A stretch of 64,000 nucleotides of DNA, from the NCBI GenBank assembly GCA_965214705.1, contig OZ243972.1, positions 2,144,001 to 2,208,000 of the forward strand, in the 5' to 3' direction. Source of the stretch: Alphaproteobacteria bacterium. GTDB lineage: Bacteria > Pseudomonadota > Alphaproteobacteria > UBA828. Shown piece after piece: positions 63,690 to 64,000 of the stretch. A program made the position numbers and the translations under genes. Position 1 is the stretch's first letter. Every line of letters starts with the position of its first letter. The notes below the pieces were generated by a model. It was not told where the DNA came from. It saw only the letters and a program-made list of their open reading frames with translations, and searched no databases.

Positions 63690-63743
63690 GCGATTACGCT
63701 AAGGGGGCCGGGCAAGCCCGGCAAGAGCCGCGCCAGCCGCCGC

Positions 63744-64000
63744 TCAGGGCCAGCGCACCTCAGGCGGCAGCGACATCAGGATCGCCTCGGTGTTGCCGCC
63801 GGTCTCCAGCCCGAAGCGCGTGCCGCGATCGTAGAGCAGGTTGAACTCGACGTAGCGGCCGCGGCGCGCGAGCTGGTGCGCGCGCTGCTCGTCGGTCCAG
63901 GGCTCGCCCATGCGGCGGCGCACGAGCTTCGGATAGATGTCCAGGAAGGCGCGGCCGACATCCTGGGTGAAGGCGAAGTCCGCCGCCCAGTCGCCTGTGT
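63744..64000 (-). CDS. hemF: oxygen-dependent coproporphyrinogen III oxidase, 3' part
   Basis: Manual translation [20 protein letters not shown]...ILMSLPP. Confidence 0.95.
   Translation of the reverse strand, partial: TGDWAADFAFTQDVGRAFLDIYPKLVRRRMGEPWTDEQRAHQLARRGRYVEFNLLYDRGTRFGLETGGNTEAILMSLPPEVRWP

Overview
High-GC bacterial chromosome segment. The groESL, hemF-coaBC-dut-cysK-moeB and acs proteins point to an alphaproteobacterium; host- or sponge-association is inference only. 0-8 kb is a pile-up of four IS families: an IS1380 split by a cargo-carrying IS1595 (24-bp TIRs, 8-bp TSD), an intact IS1634, and an IS110 with a structured upstream non-coding end (bridge/seekRNA candidate). 9-36 kb is accessory catabolism: a sugar ABC system, SDRs, amidohydrolases, dimethylglycine dehydrogenase and two F420-type oxidoreductases. 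38-64 kb is mostly housekeeping, interrupted by small lower-GC defence-like islets and a eukaryote-type ERG4/ERG24 sterol reductase. Three signals stand out. (i) A dispersed repeat occurs three times as full, internally deleted and empty alleles; it carries an orphan Mu gp27-like (DUF3486) gene and a 10-bp-period tandem array, but no TIRs or transposase. (ii) Two promoter-linked structured non-coding segments lie inside the IS1595 element, one partly complementary to its own insertion site. (iii) The IS110 non-coding RNA. All product calls come from motif recognition, not database searches.
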